From Phoronis australis (taxonomy: Eukaryota; Animalia; Phoronida), in NCBI GenBank assembly GCA_002633005.1, contig NMRA01000051.1, forward strand, positions 1,144,713 through 1,208,712: DNA of 64,000 nucleotides, in the 5' to 3' direction. Under the pieces are notes generated by a model that worked only from the letters and a program-made list of their open reading frames with translations, made no database searches and was not told where the DNA came from. A program made the translations under genes and the position numbers. Below are positions 12,634 through 57,940 of the stretch, piece by piece (the stretch's first letter is position 1; every line of letters begins with the position of its first letter).

Positions 12634-13272
12634 CAGATCCCTAAAACAGTATGGCCAGAAACAAGATACTCTGCTTGGCCTACTGGCACTCATCACTGAT
12701 TGGGAGAAGTAAATTTGCGCCTGACCACTGGATTGCTTGTATACCCTGGTAAAGTAGCCTTAATGCCAATGTTCAAAGTTCATGTTATTACAACTCACAT
12801 ATTTTGTATCCATTGGATTTGATGTCTATATCACAATTTCAACTGTGCAAAAAAGACGAATTCCATGCAGTAATAGTCACTTACAAGCGTAGTGCATTTT
12901 GAGAACTACTTTTCCATACACTGTAAACAGGCATCAAATTCAGGTTCTCAAAATCGGGACCCCTGCCGAGAATTACATAACAGCCCCATCTTCATCCAAC
13001 GAGAATTGTCCAAGGTCCAGTCCACATCTGATGTTGATGCCATCACAAACCCATTTCATGAGATCAATTCTCACGTTTCTACACAAGTTTGTGCCTGTTG
13101 ACATGTCATAAAGACCCATTGAAACTGGTAGGGGTAATAGCCCTATCCCCATGCAGTACCTCGGTCACCGCCAGTAGGTGAGAACTGTTGTCGCTGCAGG
13201 TCTACACATACAAATCATTTCTTGGCATTATCGTGACATGGCATAAGGGTCCCAAAAGTGGCCTCTGTTGGG

Positions 13273-45508
<32,236 letters not shown>

Positions 45509-45669
45509 CTGCAAATAGACAAGAAGACAAGTGTTTACCAAATGAACAAAACAAACAAACTGTAAAAAGGCAACACTACAACTACTGCAGATGCCAAAAT
45601 AAACCGGCTAAGTGCTGTTTCCCTTCACAACAGGAAATGACTCGTCCTGACTTGTTCCTTCAGCTCGAC

Positions 45670-47085
45670 AACGAATTCTGAGTAACGATGGACTTCAAAG
45701 TTTTCCGAAGTTTCTTACTGTCATTACGATTATTGGTGATTTGGTTCAATACAAATTGACTTTCAAACTGGCTTTTTTAACATTTTTTTTACATTGTTAC
45801 GCACTATGCAAAATTTGGAGTAAGTCTCAGGTCGGTGATTTCTTTTAAAAACTCTATAAACTTTGTCTTGAGCACGAATATTTTCTAGAATTTCATCGGT
45901 TACCCAAGGTTCAGATCTAGCTTTAATTTTTACGAGAAACAGAATCAATAATACTAATAGACCTCTAAAACTACACCAAGATTTGTCAACATCATCACAA
46001 GATATGACTACACGCCAGTCAACTTCGTTTAATTTGTTGACAAAATGAGGACGATAGTCAAGATAGTCGGTTTGAGAGATCTGACCATCAATTGATAATA
46101 TTCTAACTAAATTCCTGGTACAGTAGATCACTGATTACTGATACCAATGCCATAATACACCATGTTGTGAAATTCTACAGAGATAGTTTAACAAACAATA
46201 TGGCCAATCAAGTACGAAGTAGTATCAGTGACCCTGGTTGGCTGGCTGGTGCACACAGCCCAAACTGGTAATAGCGCCATTATTTGATTTGGTTAGCCCA
46301 GATTTGTGCTGGGAAACACAAAATGTTAATATCACCAAGTAGAATGACCTCTTGGTTGGGTTCTATCAGTGACAGACAGTTAAGACAGGCAAATTAAAAA
46401 TTCATAGCCAGATGGTAAAGACAGCCCACTATAAAAGGCTTGGATTGTTTCAGGTGGCCGGATCTCGATGAAGATCATGGCTTCAGCATTAGACTAGAGA
46501 TCACATGAAGATCATGGCTTCAGCATTAGACTAGAGATCACATGAAGATCATGGCTTCAGCATTAGACTAGAGATCACATGAAGATCATGGCTTCAGCAT
46601 TAGACTAGAGATCACGACAGATGCTATGGGTTAAATTATTTCTAATGTACAAACACAGGCCGCTTCCCTGTCTTGAGCGTCACTTCTTACAACCCTTTAG
46701 TTGTCAATGAAGACCTCGCAGACCGTTACCAATTCATCAAGCCATGACTCAGACAGTACGTACAACACAAGAAGGTGTATACTGCTCGCAGAACATTTTT
46801 ATCTCATATGCAGCTAATTTGGGTACAAGTGAAGAGAATTTAGATGGACCATGTGTAGCCCTCTTTTCTTGAGAGGATTAATAAATGGGTCGGCAGACAC
46901 ATCACTCCCAGATTCAGCATGACTCGCAGGGCACCATGTTGATTTTACAGACAGCATGCTCTTCTTCCCAGAAGATAAGGACTATATTCCCATGATTACT
47001 TTGATGGGACTAACTGTCACACAGCCTCACAGGGGACCTGGGTTAAGATGAATCACCACTAGGAATGAGCAAAAGTAGCCAGTAT
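45670..47085 (-). mobile_element. Decayed CR1/L2-clade non-LTR retrotransposon ORF2 fragment (APE endonuclease region)
   Basis: Minus-strand frameshifted motifs in the correct order: LLLLIPSGD/HLNPGP, GLHMVHLN, VLSESWLD, GSGLCLYIRN, FIVGCLYH, VILLGDIN, PTRVTDTTSYLIGH, PWVTDEILENIR, NRNDSKKLRKTLK; multiple stops; no RT domain. Confidence 0.88.
46468..46615. repeat. Perfect 37-bp minisatellite x4
   Basis: ATGAAGATCATGGCTTCAGCATTAGACTAGAGATCAC at 46468, 46505, 46542, 46579. Confidence 0.97.
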
Positions 47086-47912
47086 TGTAAAAATACTGAC
47101 AATGTTATTCAAACCTATTCAATCCCTTTGGATTATAAAAATGCCTATTAAGAACTCTGCTTAAAAGCCATTTCCCCCATAATAGCTGAAACAAGCACCA
47201 TTGCTAGATGCTGATAGAATTATGGTTGAACATAATGTCCATTGCCACCTGCAATTCACAGGTGATGTGTAATAAGAGAGATATACCGGTAGTTCCCTAG
47301 GACTGCTAAAATTAGCTTTCAAGTTATCTCTCTGATGTGGTGGTATATTCAGATGGTTATTTTGATATGTTCCCATATATTGGAGGTTGATGTGGTAGAA
47401 ACTGGCTAACTTCTTGACCACAGCAAATTGTGTTCACATGAAAACATTGCTATATTAGCTCAACTGTGATCCCATTCTTTGTGACAATCATTGCCACAAG
47501 ACTTTTACCGCAACAGTATTCTTAAAGAGTTCGTGGATATCTTTGCGTGTTGTAACGGTATATTAAATATTACTGTTTCACCCTGGCAAATGATCGTTGA
47601 ATGGGATTGGAAGGCATACAAAACATCAATACAGTATTCTTGTGCAAGCGATTTATATTTTACTCAACTTTGCAAGACATCACAAACATTTGATTACTAT
47701 CACTTCAGATTTTGTGAAAGCAACACGACACAAACGTCAAGGGTACACCTTGTGCCCTGTTTACAAACTGACTAATGCACTATCGTTTTCGCCAACACTT
47801 TCACCAGTAGCGAAAACACCAGTAATGTGAACACATTGAAGGACAGACCGCTTACTTCATAAGACACATATGCACAGGGGAAGGAGACCTGCATTTATCG
47901 ATGCGGTCAGTC

Positions 47913-48093
47913 AATTGACCTATCGCAAGCTCCACCCTATTGCGAAAAGTCGACAAACAAACAATAAGTTTTATCTGACAACGTGTTGTTTGTCGAGTAA
48001 AATGGCGACTTGGAAACGAAGGTGTGTCAAGTATGCTGCGTTCTGATTGGTCAGTTAAGCCGTCAGGCTCAAAATCCTGGCGATAGGTCGATT
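47913..48093 (+). mobile_element. ~180-bp MITE, copy 1
   Basis: TIRs AATTGACCTATCGC / GCGATAGGTCGATT; homologous inverted copy at 57765-57940. Confidence 0.8.
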
Positions 48094-48789
48094 GACTGCA
48101 GGGAGTGGACCTGCTTTGACATCCGTCAACTTATGCTTTAAAATAGGTTCCAGTTGGAGAGAAAATAAACTGCTGGCTAAAATGAAGCCTTTGCCCCAGA
48201 CAGCACATCTGTCTGGCTAAAATATTCTAGTATTTTTGCCATTCATGTGAACCTGGTACATTCGGTCTTATACTCCATATTTTCCTGACAGCCACTCTGT
48301 CAGTCAACACCAGTGACTTATCTGAGTTACAGATCTACAAATACCAGTAGATGTGTATTCCACATTTAGCAAATACCTTCAGTGCTACCAGCCATTGATG
48401 GCTGAACCAGCATGTGGGTTTTAACCAAACATTGAGCCTTGCTTCATGGATGACAGCCAAGACACAGCCACACAAGGCACAGAACAAAAATGACAGAACA
48501 AAAAACGACAGAACAAAGATGCACACACTCACATGCAATTTATCACTTGTTTTCTACATGGTGAAAGTCACACTGAACTTGTTCTACAGTAAAGAATACC
48601 AGCTAAATTTTGTGCTTTTGTCTTAAATTTTCAGAGTATCCCTAAGCTCAAACCCACATGGCTTCCAGGACTGTTGTTTGTTAATTCTGGCAAAGTTACT
48701 TTGGGTAGTGGGATGATAATTGGCCAATTTGTGGTTTAAGGTTATGGGTAATACTGGGTTGTGTAGTGTCTGACCTACCACCCAAAGGG

Positions 48790-48950
48790 CCCTCTACACA
48801 CAGACTTACTCTAGAACAAGTTATTCCTGGAACCAGTTGCAGCTAAGTTAGCACTGGCTATGTGGACACAATTTAAACTAGTGCAACTCACTTGTTGAGG
48901 TAGGGTAACTTGTTCTAGGGTAACTCTCACCACTTCTAATTCCTGCGTGG
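48790..48950. mobile_element. Dispersed MITE-like repeat, family copy
   Basis: ACACAGACTTACTCTAGAACAAGTTATTCCTGGAAC...AATTTAAACTAGTGCAACT...CCACTTCTAATTCCTG, collinear with 56808-56980. Confidence 0.7.
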
Positions 48951-51679
48951 TCCCTAGCAGAAAAATCGGTGAAAACTGATTAGCAGCTTAATCTGTGAAA
49001 AAGCCATTCAAGAACAATGGTTGCATATATGGATGTAGGAGGCATTTTATGGCATGCTTTGCATTTACGGTACAATGCTTGCATACAAGTTAAACTGCAC
49101 TTTGTGAGTTTTTAACTGCTCACATGATATTCAGCACACAGAAACCCACATTCTTAACCCACATAATTAAAACTTCCATCAAAACATGTGAAACACCATG
49201 TTCATACCAAAGTGGTGATAACAAGATTTAACTGGGTCTGAACACTTTAAAACCAGTTGTAACTGTAGCACTGGTTATAAACCTCTGTGAGGGTGATTTA
49301 GTGTGAGGTTGTACCTGGTATTACTCAGCATGAACACTGGGCAGCTGCAGAATTTATAACTCAGTAGGTGGTGTTGGTGTCAAATCTCATTGTAAACAGT
49401 GGCGCATGCAACAGTCACTAACTAGGCTGAATGGGAAAGCAGGTGACTAAAACCAACCTAGGATAACAGCAGTTCTAATATTGCCAGTAGGAATGGTAAC
49501 CATTACACAATAGCTTAACTATAGCATGAGATACAACCAGGCTTAGTTGGTCTAGACTCAGCTTTAGTCATTAACATTTAAAGAATAAACCATCAGTAAC
49601 AAATAATTATTACAAATATCTGATGTTCATGTAAGGTGGGGAAAGATGAACAACCAGAACAAGTAATTATGATGGTAATCCAAAAACTGGATGAGAAATT
49701 ATCTGAAAGAAGAGGAAGACTTGACATTTTTGAAAGAACTGGTTTAGTTGAGGTCTGCCAAAAAGAGTACGGTTTGAAAATGTAAGGCGATCCCATTTAC
49801 AAGCGGTAGACACAACCGTCACAGGTATGGTTTTTATGTTTACAAAACAGGAAAAGGTTGTTAGCTGGCAGGTTCCAGCAGCGTGTTTTCAGTTCCAACT
49901 TGACATTTTTGAATGATGCCAATTTCTCCCACTTTTCAGTAGGTGAGAGAAATCAGGACTTCAGCCAGGCTTAGATGTTACTCCATGGACTTATCTGGTG
50001 GTTTAAAGCTGATTAATCAAACAATAACTCAATACCCTTTTTCCTTTGTGGTGAAATGGTGCCACTGTGAAATAAAGAATTAAGTCAATTTTATTAACCA
50101 ATGAAAGGAATAGAATTTTTTAAACAAATGTGAACGGTAAGAAAATTATATTTTTTGCACTCAGTCGTTGAAAATTCTAAAAATGATAATTGTGGCAATT
50201 ATTTTAGTCGGAAATAATATTATTGAAAATTTTCAGAATATGCAGTTTATTAAAATTAAAATTATGAAAATTTCTTATCACAGCTCTTTTCAATTCTTCA
50301 CAGCAATAATTCACAAAGAGCAAATTTGCATTTGTTCAAACGTACAAGTTTGCACCTGCATTTTGTTCTATTACAGTTGCGCAGAATACGCCACTGTGAT
50401 AGAGTTACATACTTCATGAATGTCTGATTTAAGGAAATCTGACGACATAAAAATTACACACATCCGCCATATTGTGCACTACATTAAACATTTACTGCAG
50501 TGCCTTCCCACAGAAATACTATATTAGTTTGTTCAATAAACAAACTAGGAAGCCTGCAATTCATTTCTGATACATGTCAGATGATGGAAGCATGACTAGA
50601 ATATACATACTTCAGTAATGATGATGAAGCGACACACTGAAAATAGTGAAATCAATTTTGCTTCAATGGAAATCAAGTCGCCATATCACCCTAGTTCCAG
50701 AATTCACAATAAACTCAATCCTCATCGGAAGGGATACACACAATGCCTAATATCAAATCATTAGCATGAATGTCACATAGCAACTAATCCCACATTTTCA
50801 GAGGATTTGCCACTTGACTGGAAATTCCCTCTAGACAATAATGAGATAGATAACCTTGGCCAACACAGTCACATATATGCCCTTTTCACTAGAGTGGTGA
50901 AAACGCTGGCATTAGTCAGTAGCATTCAGGCATGCCACCTGCAAGGGGCCATTTTCACCAACAGTAGCTTTGTTTCCAGACCAGCAGAATTTCTTTTAAA
51001 CAGAAAACTGGTATAAATATATAACCAGTAATCAAAATGGTCAGTTTTCCATAAAATGGACTTAAAACAGATAAAGGGTAACACCTAAAAAACTGACACT
51101 TGCATACCTGCCAAATAATTACACTTTTGGCAGGATCGTCTCCATTTTTGACACACCTGATGCAATTCACGCACAAGTATTTTCATATTTTTCAACACAA
51201 TTTACCCCACTCTATTTCACTGCCACAACTACACAAAAATGCCGACCAAGTGCTTCAAATGTTGGCAACTACGCACTGGGCGAAGTTGAAAAATAGACGA
51301 TAACGATGATGGAGATGATATTAGTGTGATGATAGAGTTGAATGAAGATGACAAAAATTGTTATAAAAAACACCCATGTGTTACTGTTGGTATCAATTCT
51401 TGTGCTACAGAGTATTAACGCCTCCACTTGGGACGTCGGTAGTCTATACATGTATACACTCCGGAGACACGAAATAGTGAACGGAGAAGCACTTCTCTTA
51501 GTCACCATGGAATGAATTTGAAAAATCTTTTGTCTATTAAGTGTGATTACAACAGACACAAAAAGTAGAGCTGTAACCAACGATTCTCTAAATTGAAAAG
51601 GACAAATAAGCTTAGCCGAGGAATTTAAAGAACGGGTGAGGGCCCAGAGGCCTGTTACAATAGCTCTTGGAGACCCCTG

Positions 51680-51890
51680 CACCCATTTGCCAAATTTCAC
51701 AGAAATTCGCCAAGGAACTTCGTAAATACACAGAGCAATATGAAAAACAACCAAAATTGACATTAGGGGGCACAGCAACAGTCAGATATGTCCAGACATT
51801 TGCTCAAGCCATCCTATTCATGATAGGAACATGTCCGCAAAATTTCATACAAATCCATCAAGAGGTTTTGGAGATACTGCAGTGAGAGGA
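51680..51890 (-). mobile_element. Diverged fragment of the 28.4-30.4 kb HINE family
   Basis: CCAAATTTCA..GAAA...AAAATTGACATTAGGGGGCAC...GCCATCC...AAATTTCAT...GGTTTTGGAGATA aligns by eye with 30090-30285. Confidence 0.7.
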
Positions 51891-54800
51891 CCCCAGAAGC
51901 ACACTGGACTGATGCTCAGTGTACGGTAAACTTGCACAATTTTAGGACACTCAAATTAATTCCAATAGAAAAAATCTTTCTTGGACGAATCTCCTGAAAC
52001 ATCATTTTTGTGGTGTCCGAATTTGGTGGGCCTTCAAATTTGAGTTTCCGCTCGTGTCCGAATTTCGTGGGTGTACATCAATTTCGATGAGCGGTCAAAG
52101 TATCAACATTGCTGGCTCAATCATCTGATAGCAGTATAATAGCTGGTCAATGGGACTCAAACGGTCTGCGCGATTAACTGGCTTTCCCAATAAGAAATGT
52201 GCGTTGTCGACGCACAAAGAACGTTACAGACGAGTGTTGGTTCTTCTTTTCAAAAATGCGCTTTCTCAATGTGAAATATTCGGCTTGCATTGCCGATGCT
52301 CATATACCTTTCTTGGCAAGTGACGGAGTTTTTTAAAAAATGCGGTATCTCATTTGAAATTTCGGGCTGCATTGTGAAAAAGTGTTCCTGGGGACAAAAA
52401 TGGGCTTTCCAGTGAGTGGGTCTGGTTTGCGTAGTTGTCGCACTTGAAACATTCCAGACAACTAGTGATTCTCTTTTGTAAAAATGAGTTTTCTCAATAA
52501 AAAATGTTGAGTTTGCATTGTCAACGCACAAAGAGCGCCCAGATAAGCGCTTTTTTCAATGTGGTTTCCCAATAATAAGCTGGACTTGCGTACCGGTATT
52601 CGATTCACAAAGAGGGTTCCCGACCATCAAAACATGCGCTTTCTCAATTTTAACGAATTTTACATTAAACGTAACAGTATTGGATGTGGGCACAAGTGTA
52701 ATTTAGAAAGTGATGTATTCGGCATGGCCGAGCATAGGACCTGGTGTATTTTTACATCCGACTTTTGGTTTCCCGAACTTACGGTATATATGGAAATCGC
52801 TGGTGATACTTCCCGAAATTATTTACCCTTGCTGCAGGTAACGCATCACCTCGGGTAAAAATAGAACAATAATAATTAGCAATCTAACAGTCATCCATAC
52901 CGTGAATAATACGCTTACAAGGAAGTCACGCATTTCTAAAGATATGCCGGGAATTTTCACAACTCGTCCTTCTGAGCGGCATTTACCACGATCAAAGGGA
53001 GCGCGGTGCCGGGTCAGGTACAGTTGTGATGACCGCATTGCCTGATGCGAGCAAGACCCAATTAAGTGTAATTACCCGACCATAAACTATATTAAACATC
53101 TCTGACTGCACATAATGGTGAATTTTCAAAATGCACTAACCGCTAATTTTCGTAAAAAAACAACGCCACGGCGGTATTCAGATGGAAAAAGCAACCAAGT
53201 ACGGTTCTCGATTTTTAAAAATCGATGAACTAATAATTCAAAAACTACAACCCTTGGGTACGACTGAAGACAAACTACGGCGGTAGATACACAAACATTG
53301 ATCAGGGTTAGCAATATCACACGAATTCATTTTTAATATTCTTTCAATCTCGTTTAACCCGATATTTGACCAGGAAACAGATGTACTTAACTTGTGCCCA
53401 CTTTTCATTTCTTTTATTACTAACAAACATCTAGAATAGTTATATAGTCAGTGCCACCGAAATTGTCCAAAGATTCCAAATCTTCAGTTTGGTTATCACC
53501 ATATTTGCAAACAAGTGGGCATTAAAAATTAATTATCGAAAACCAATATGAAACATATCGTTCCTTTTGGGAAGTGGCCCTTTGTGAAGATAAACACAAG
53601 TTAACCTTTTTAGTCATTTTGTAATATTTATTATGTACCAAGTTAAAACTACTCTCCAGAGTTGCAGGCTGTAACTCTGTAAATGTCAGAGAAAACTAAA
53701 TTGGGGGTACTAACAACCATTGTTGAGGCAATTTGCTAGCTATTAACTTTCCACTTCATTAGCTTATATCTACATCAATACAAAGGGCGTGCTGAATAGG
53801 CAACCTAAAAGTTGTCTAGGGCTAAGGGAATCTGAGGGGTGAGCAGTGTAAGTGAGAAATTCTCCACATGTCTTTCGAATCAAACACAATTAAATACACT
53901 TACAGCTGAAATGCTCCTAAAACTATCTTAGGTAATACAAAAAGCATATTCTGTGGTTTAAGATCACGTTTCTTTTTTGTCTCAAAACTGTCAACTGAAG
54001 GCAGTCACATGGACAAGAAGACAAGGTCCTGTGGAAAGTTATGGAACTCCTGGTCAGAAACACCTATCAGGTACCAGGCCCGTTGCATTGGACCGTTGCA
54101 GATCATGTATTCGTGTTAAACTACCCCTAGGATCAAAAGAAGCAACAACTACATGTACCACATCTGATTCAACTGACTTGTCATTTTTCGAAATTGGTGG
54201 AGGATTTTCTTAGTCACCGCAGACAGAGAGTACCACAGGGTCCATGTGTCCTTGTCCAGATTCCTCTTAATCTTGGGACACCATGGAGTCCAGGGTGTTG
54301 TACCTCAGACGGTACAAGGCGCGAATTAACAAGACCACAAGTACACAGACCAGTGCGTGAGCAAGCAAAATTGGGTCGCCGCAAGTTCAATCTCAGGTCT
54401 ACATAGGGGTAAATTTCGTAACGCTAGGACACCGCTAAAAAGCAAAAAAGAGGAAGAAGCATAAAATCTCCCATGCACGGAGTCGGGCTCGCCTCACACA
54501 GTCTGGGACTTAATTATGTTTGCTTTGTAAGCAGCTTTACTTTGGCTCCGAGTCATTCGGCTGCTGCTGTTCACTATCTACACTACTTTGAACGTGCGAT
54601 ATCCGACGGACAGACTTGGCTGTATTGTGTATGGGGGCCTAAACAAAAATATTTCTCATCGCGGACACGTCGTCGAGAGATTTTAGCCAATGACAAGGGC
54701 ATTTGCAAAGGCCAGGACGTTTTAAAAATAAAAAGTTTCGTAAACACCCAAGTTGATGTCAGGCATGCAAGTTAAATGTCACAGTCGGAAGTCGAACAGC

Positions 54801-56807
54801 ACAGTCTAATTAAACCAGAGCACATGTCACGCTACAACGAAAAGTTGCAGCCTTCGGTGTATTTCCCATTTGCATTTTCATCAGAAATTTACGTCACGCG
54901 AGACTCGGTGATTCTCAGGCTTTTCATAGATAAAGCGCAGAACACAAGCTAAACGCAAGACAATCGAGTTACGGTCATGACATCGTCGCGATAAGGTAAA
55001 AATTACAGAGCCAGTAATACCGATTCTATGATTTAAGCCTTATAGATGAGTAATCATCCAGTGAACGCTTTAGTGTCACGAAAGTTGCGCCGATTAGAAA
55101 TCAGAGTTTCTAAAATTTTCCTCGTCCGAAAGTTGCAGGACAGAAATCCAATGTTTATGACCTTGTCCGAAATTCAAGGATCATTGAAAAACAGTTTTGG
55201 ACCTTGTATGAATTTCGTGGCCCATGAAAAACTCATTTCGGAAATATTTATTCTTGTCCCAAAATGGCGGGCATCCAAAAATAGCGCGACTTTACCGTAC
55301 TCCTTCAGGCGTGCTAATCAGAAGTTCAGTTTAAACAGCTATAAAATTGTGTGTTAGCCACATTGGAAGATCAACGATGTTCCATGCACTCCACTAAGGT
55401 CATAATATTTCATTTAATACAAAGTGGAAATTGGAAATACTCCTCTTACCAAAGCTTTTGTACTCAGAATAAAAATTAGTTACGAGTGTGTACACACAAC
55501 AGGCCATCTTCGAATGGAATTGCACTGAATTATGCTCCTAGCATATTTACGAAGCTAAAGTCACTTTTTCTTGAGATGTTACAAGTTTATGATTGTGCTG
55601 TTACTCTTACCAAGTAATAAATACATTCAGTGCCCAAATGCTTGAGAGAACTTGGGATAACAATAAGCAAACAACTTCATCCTAACTTTACAGGGAGCAT
55701 AACAATATGAAGAGTGGTGACAATTCATCAATCATTTTTGCACATTAAGTTGATTGGTTTTATAATTAACTGCGAAACAGATATGCAATATCGAAAGTAG
55801 GCATGATTTGAGAAAAATACTCATGAAGGAAATTCATGGACAAAAAATAAGTATCCCTTTACTTAGCTCAGTGTTTGCAAGAGTTGGTTGTACTGAAAAG
55901 AATTGTTACAAGTCCAGTCAAAAGTGCCTAGCCGGATATGATGTACTGGTCCAAAGAGTCTTGTCTTTAGGGAAACTCTTTAGGGAATTTTCTGAATTGA
56001 ATACCAAATGACAAATGTCTCATCGAGTCTCGCGCGACTGTATAACGGAGTCGCTACTTCTGGGGATTACTTCTATCAAAGTCTGGATTTAGTCTTTCCC
56101 AGGGTAGCGAAGTTAAGCAACTCTGCAAATTAATCCAGCTTTTTGGAAAAGAGTTGAGAATTGTTTAATCTGAGAGTTATGCCCTCCCACTCACCAAAAC
56201 TCCACAAATCTGAAATTGACAGCGTTGCTGAGAGAACAATATCAGGAATAGAAAGCTTCAAACAATACAATATTGAAATTCAGGTGTCAAGGGGAGACTT
56301 TCAAGTAGCAACGAGGCAACTCACATGGGATTGGATAACAAGTGACCACTAGAAGATGAGGAGACAATTTAACTTTTGCTTAAGCACCTCGTCTAATCAC
56401 ATACACTGTAAAAAAAACTTTTCACGAAGTCAAAATGTTCCCCGTAAGTACGCCACACACAACAAACAAGAATTACCTCCTGGTATTAAAGCCAGGTGGC
56501 AATAACAGTCGCCTGTCCAAGGTGATCAGCCACCATTGGTTAACTCTGGACATCTTCTTATTAGTTAATGGAAGCTACAACCCAGCCTCTGCACTAGTTA
56601 TCTCATTATACACAATTGGTATTACAGCAAGTGATGTTCTACTATATTGGTTACTCCTATCTGTCAGCCACCTACATGTGTCATGCAGCAGATAGACTAT
56701 TAGGGTAATTACGCAATCAGACAGTCAAGATCAATAAATGTATGTTGTTTGGAATGTCCATAGTACAGGTGTAAATGAACACAAATTACGTAACTGTTTG
56801 AACTGTT

Positions 56808-57205
56808 AACACAGACTTGTTCTAAAACAAGTTACTCCTGGAACAGAATTGTCCCAAAGTTTGAGTGCTGTTCGGAGGCAATTTAAACTAGTGCAACTTA
56901 CCCCACTTGTGACAACTTACTCGAACTTACTCGAAGTGAGGTAACATGTTCTAGGATAACTTGCGCCACTTCTAATTCCTGTGAGCCTGCAAAACCTGGG
57001 GTAAGGTGGAATTATCAGCTGCGGTTACATACAGACTGGTTTTCTTTTGGGCGCCGTACTCGCATTAGGTTTCATTGTAACGCACATGGCGACAGCTTCC
57101 GCCTTACCCTAGTTATCGAATATGTGTATGTGGATGCTCCATATATAAGTAGGGGAAGTTGCGCTTGGACAAGTAATGTTCTAGGGTAGGTTGTGTGTGG
57201 ACAGG
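56808..57205. mobile_element. Dispersed MITE-like repeat, family copy
   Basis: Collinear with 48790-48950; ends TTCTAGGGTAGGTTGTGTGTGGACAGGG, roughly inverted to its start. Confidence 0.7.
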
Positions 57206-57764
57206 GATTTATGCTATTTTCCCCATTTAGAGGTTGACACTATCGTTTCGGGGCATTGTGGTCAGTGTGAAACTTTTGACTCGTGGAGTTAACTACTATA
57301 CCTATCAAAAATAAAAAATCTGACACCAGTATTCTTGGTTTTGAATTCTCTTCCATTGAACAAGTCATTAAAAAGATCACTCCCAGAAGTCTCGACTTGC
57401 AGATTTTTTTTCATTTTCACCCGAGGGCTCTCATAAACTTGTAGAAAGATTATGACTTGTCATATGATTACCATACATCAACCACTTCATATATGTTTCA
57501 ACTGACTCCTGAGGGACATCTCTTGAAAAGCTTAATGACTGGAAGCAAGTACTTTCTTCATGGAAGCCACTTAGTGTGACTGTTTGCTATAGCAATAAAG
57601 CCCTTTACACTACAAAAGTCGACACCGATCACGGGAACAAGATGTTCTAGCCCAAGTATGTGTGTAAACAGGACTGACCTGCAGCAAATTGACATGGCAG
57701 TGACAACTTTTGCCACCCGTTTGTGAAGTAGAGCAATTTGCGCTGGATCACCTTGCTCCGTGTC

Positions 57765-57940
57765 AACTGACCTATCGCCAGGATTTTGAGTGATGGCTTA
57801 ACTGACCATTTAGAACACAGCATTATTGACACACCGTTTCCAAGCCGCCATTTTACCCGACAAACAACACGTTGCCGGGTAAAACTTATTGTTTGTTAGT
57901 CGACATTACGCAAGGGAGCGGAACTTGCGATAGGTCAATT
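57765..57940 (-). mobile_element. ~180-bp MITE, copy 2 (inverted relative to copy 1)
   Basis: AACTGACCTATCGCCAGGATTTTGAG...GCGATAGGTCAATT; the interior is the reverse complement of 47913-48093. Confidence 0.8.

Noticed and set aside
46468-46615. 37-bp repeats resembling a CRISPR array in length
   Set aside because: Head-to-tail with no spacers, no cas genes, eukaryotic context.
51269-51778. 169-aa minus-strand ORF
   Set aside because: Overlaps a HINE fragment and low-complexity sequence; no domain signature.
56466-56545. ATG-initiated segment with GTAATT donor as STK32 first exon
   Set aside because: Ends in phase 2, incompatible with the phase-1 acceptor at 45508.
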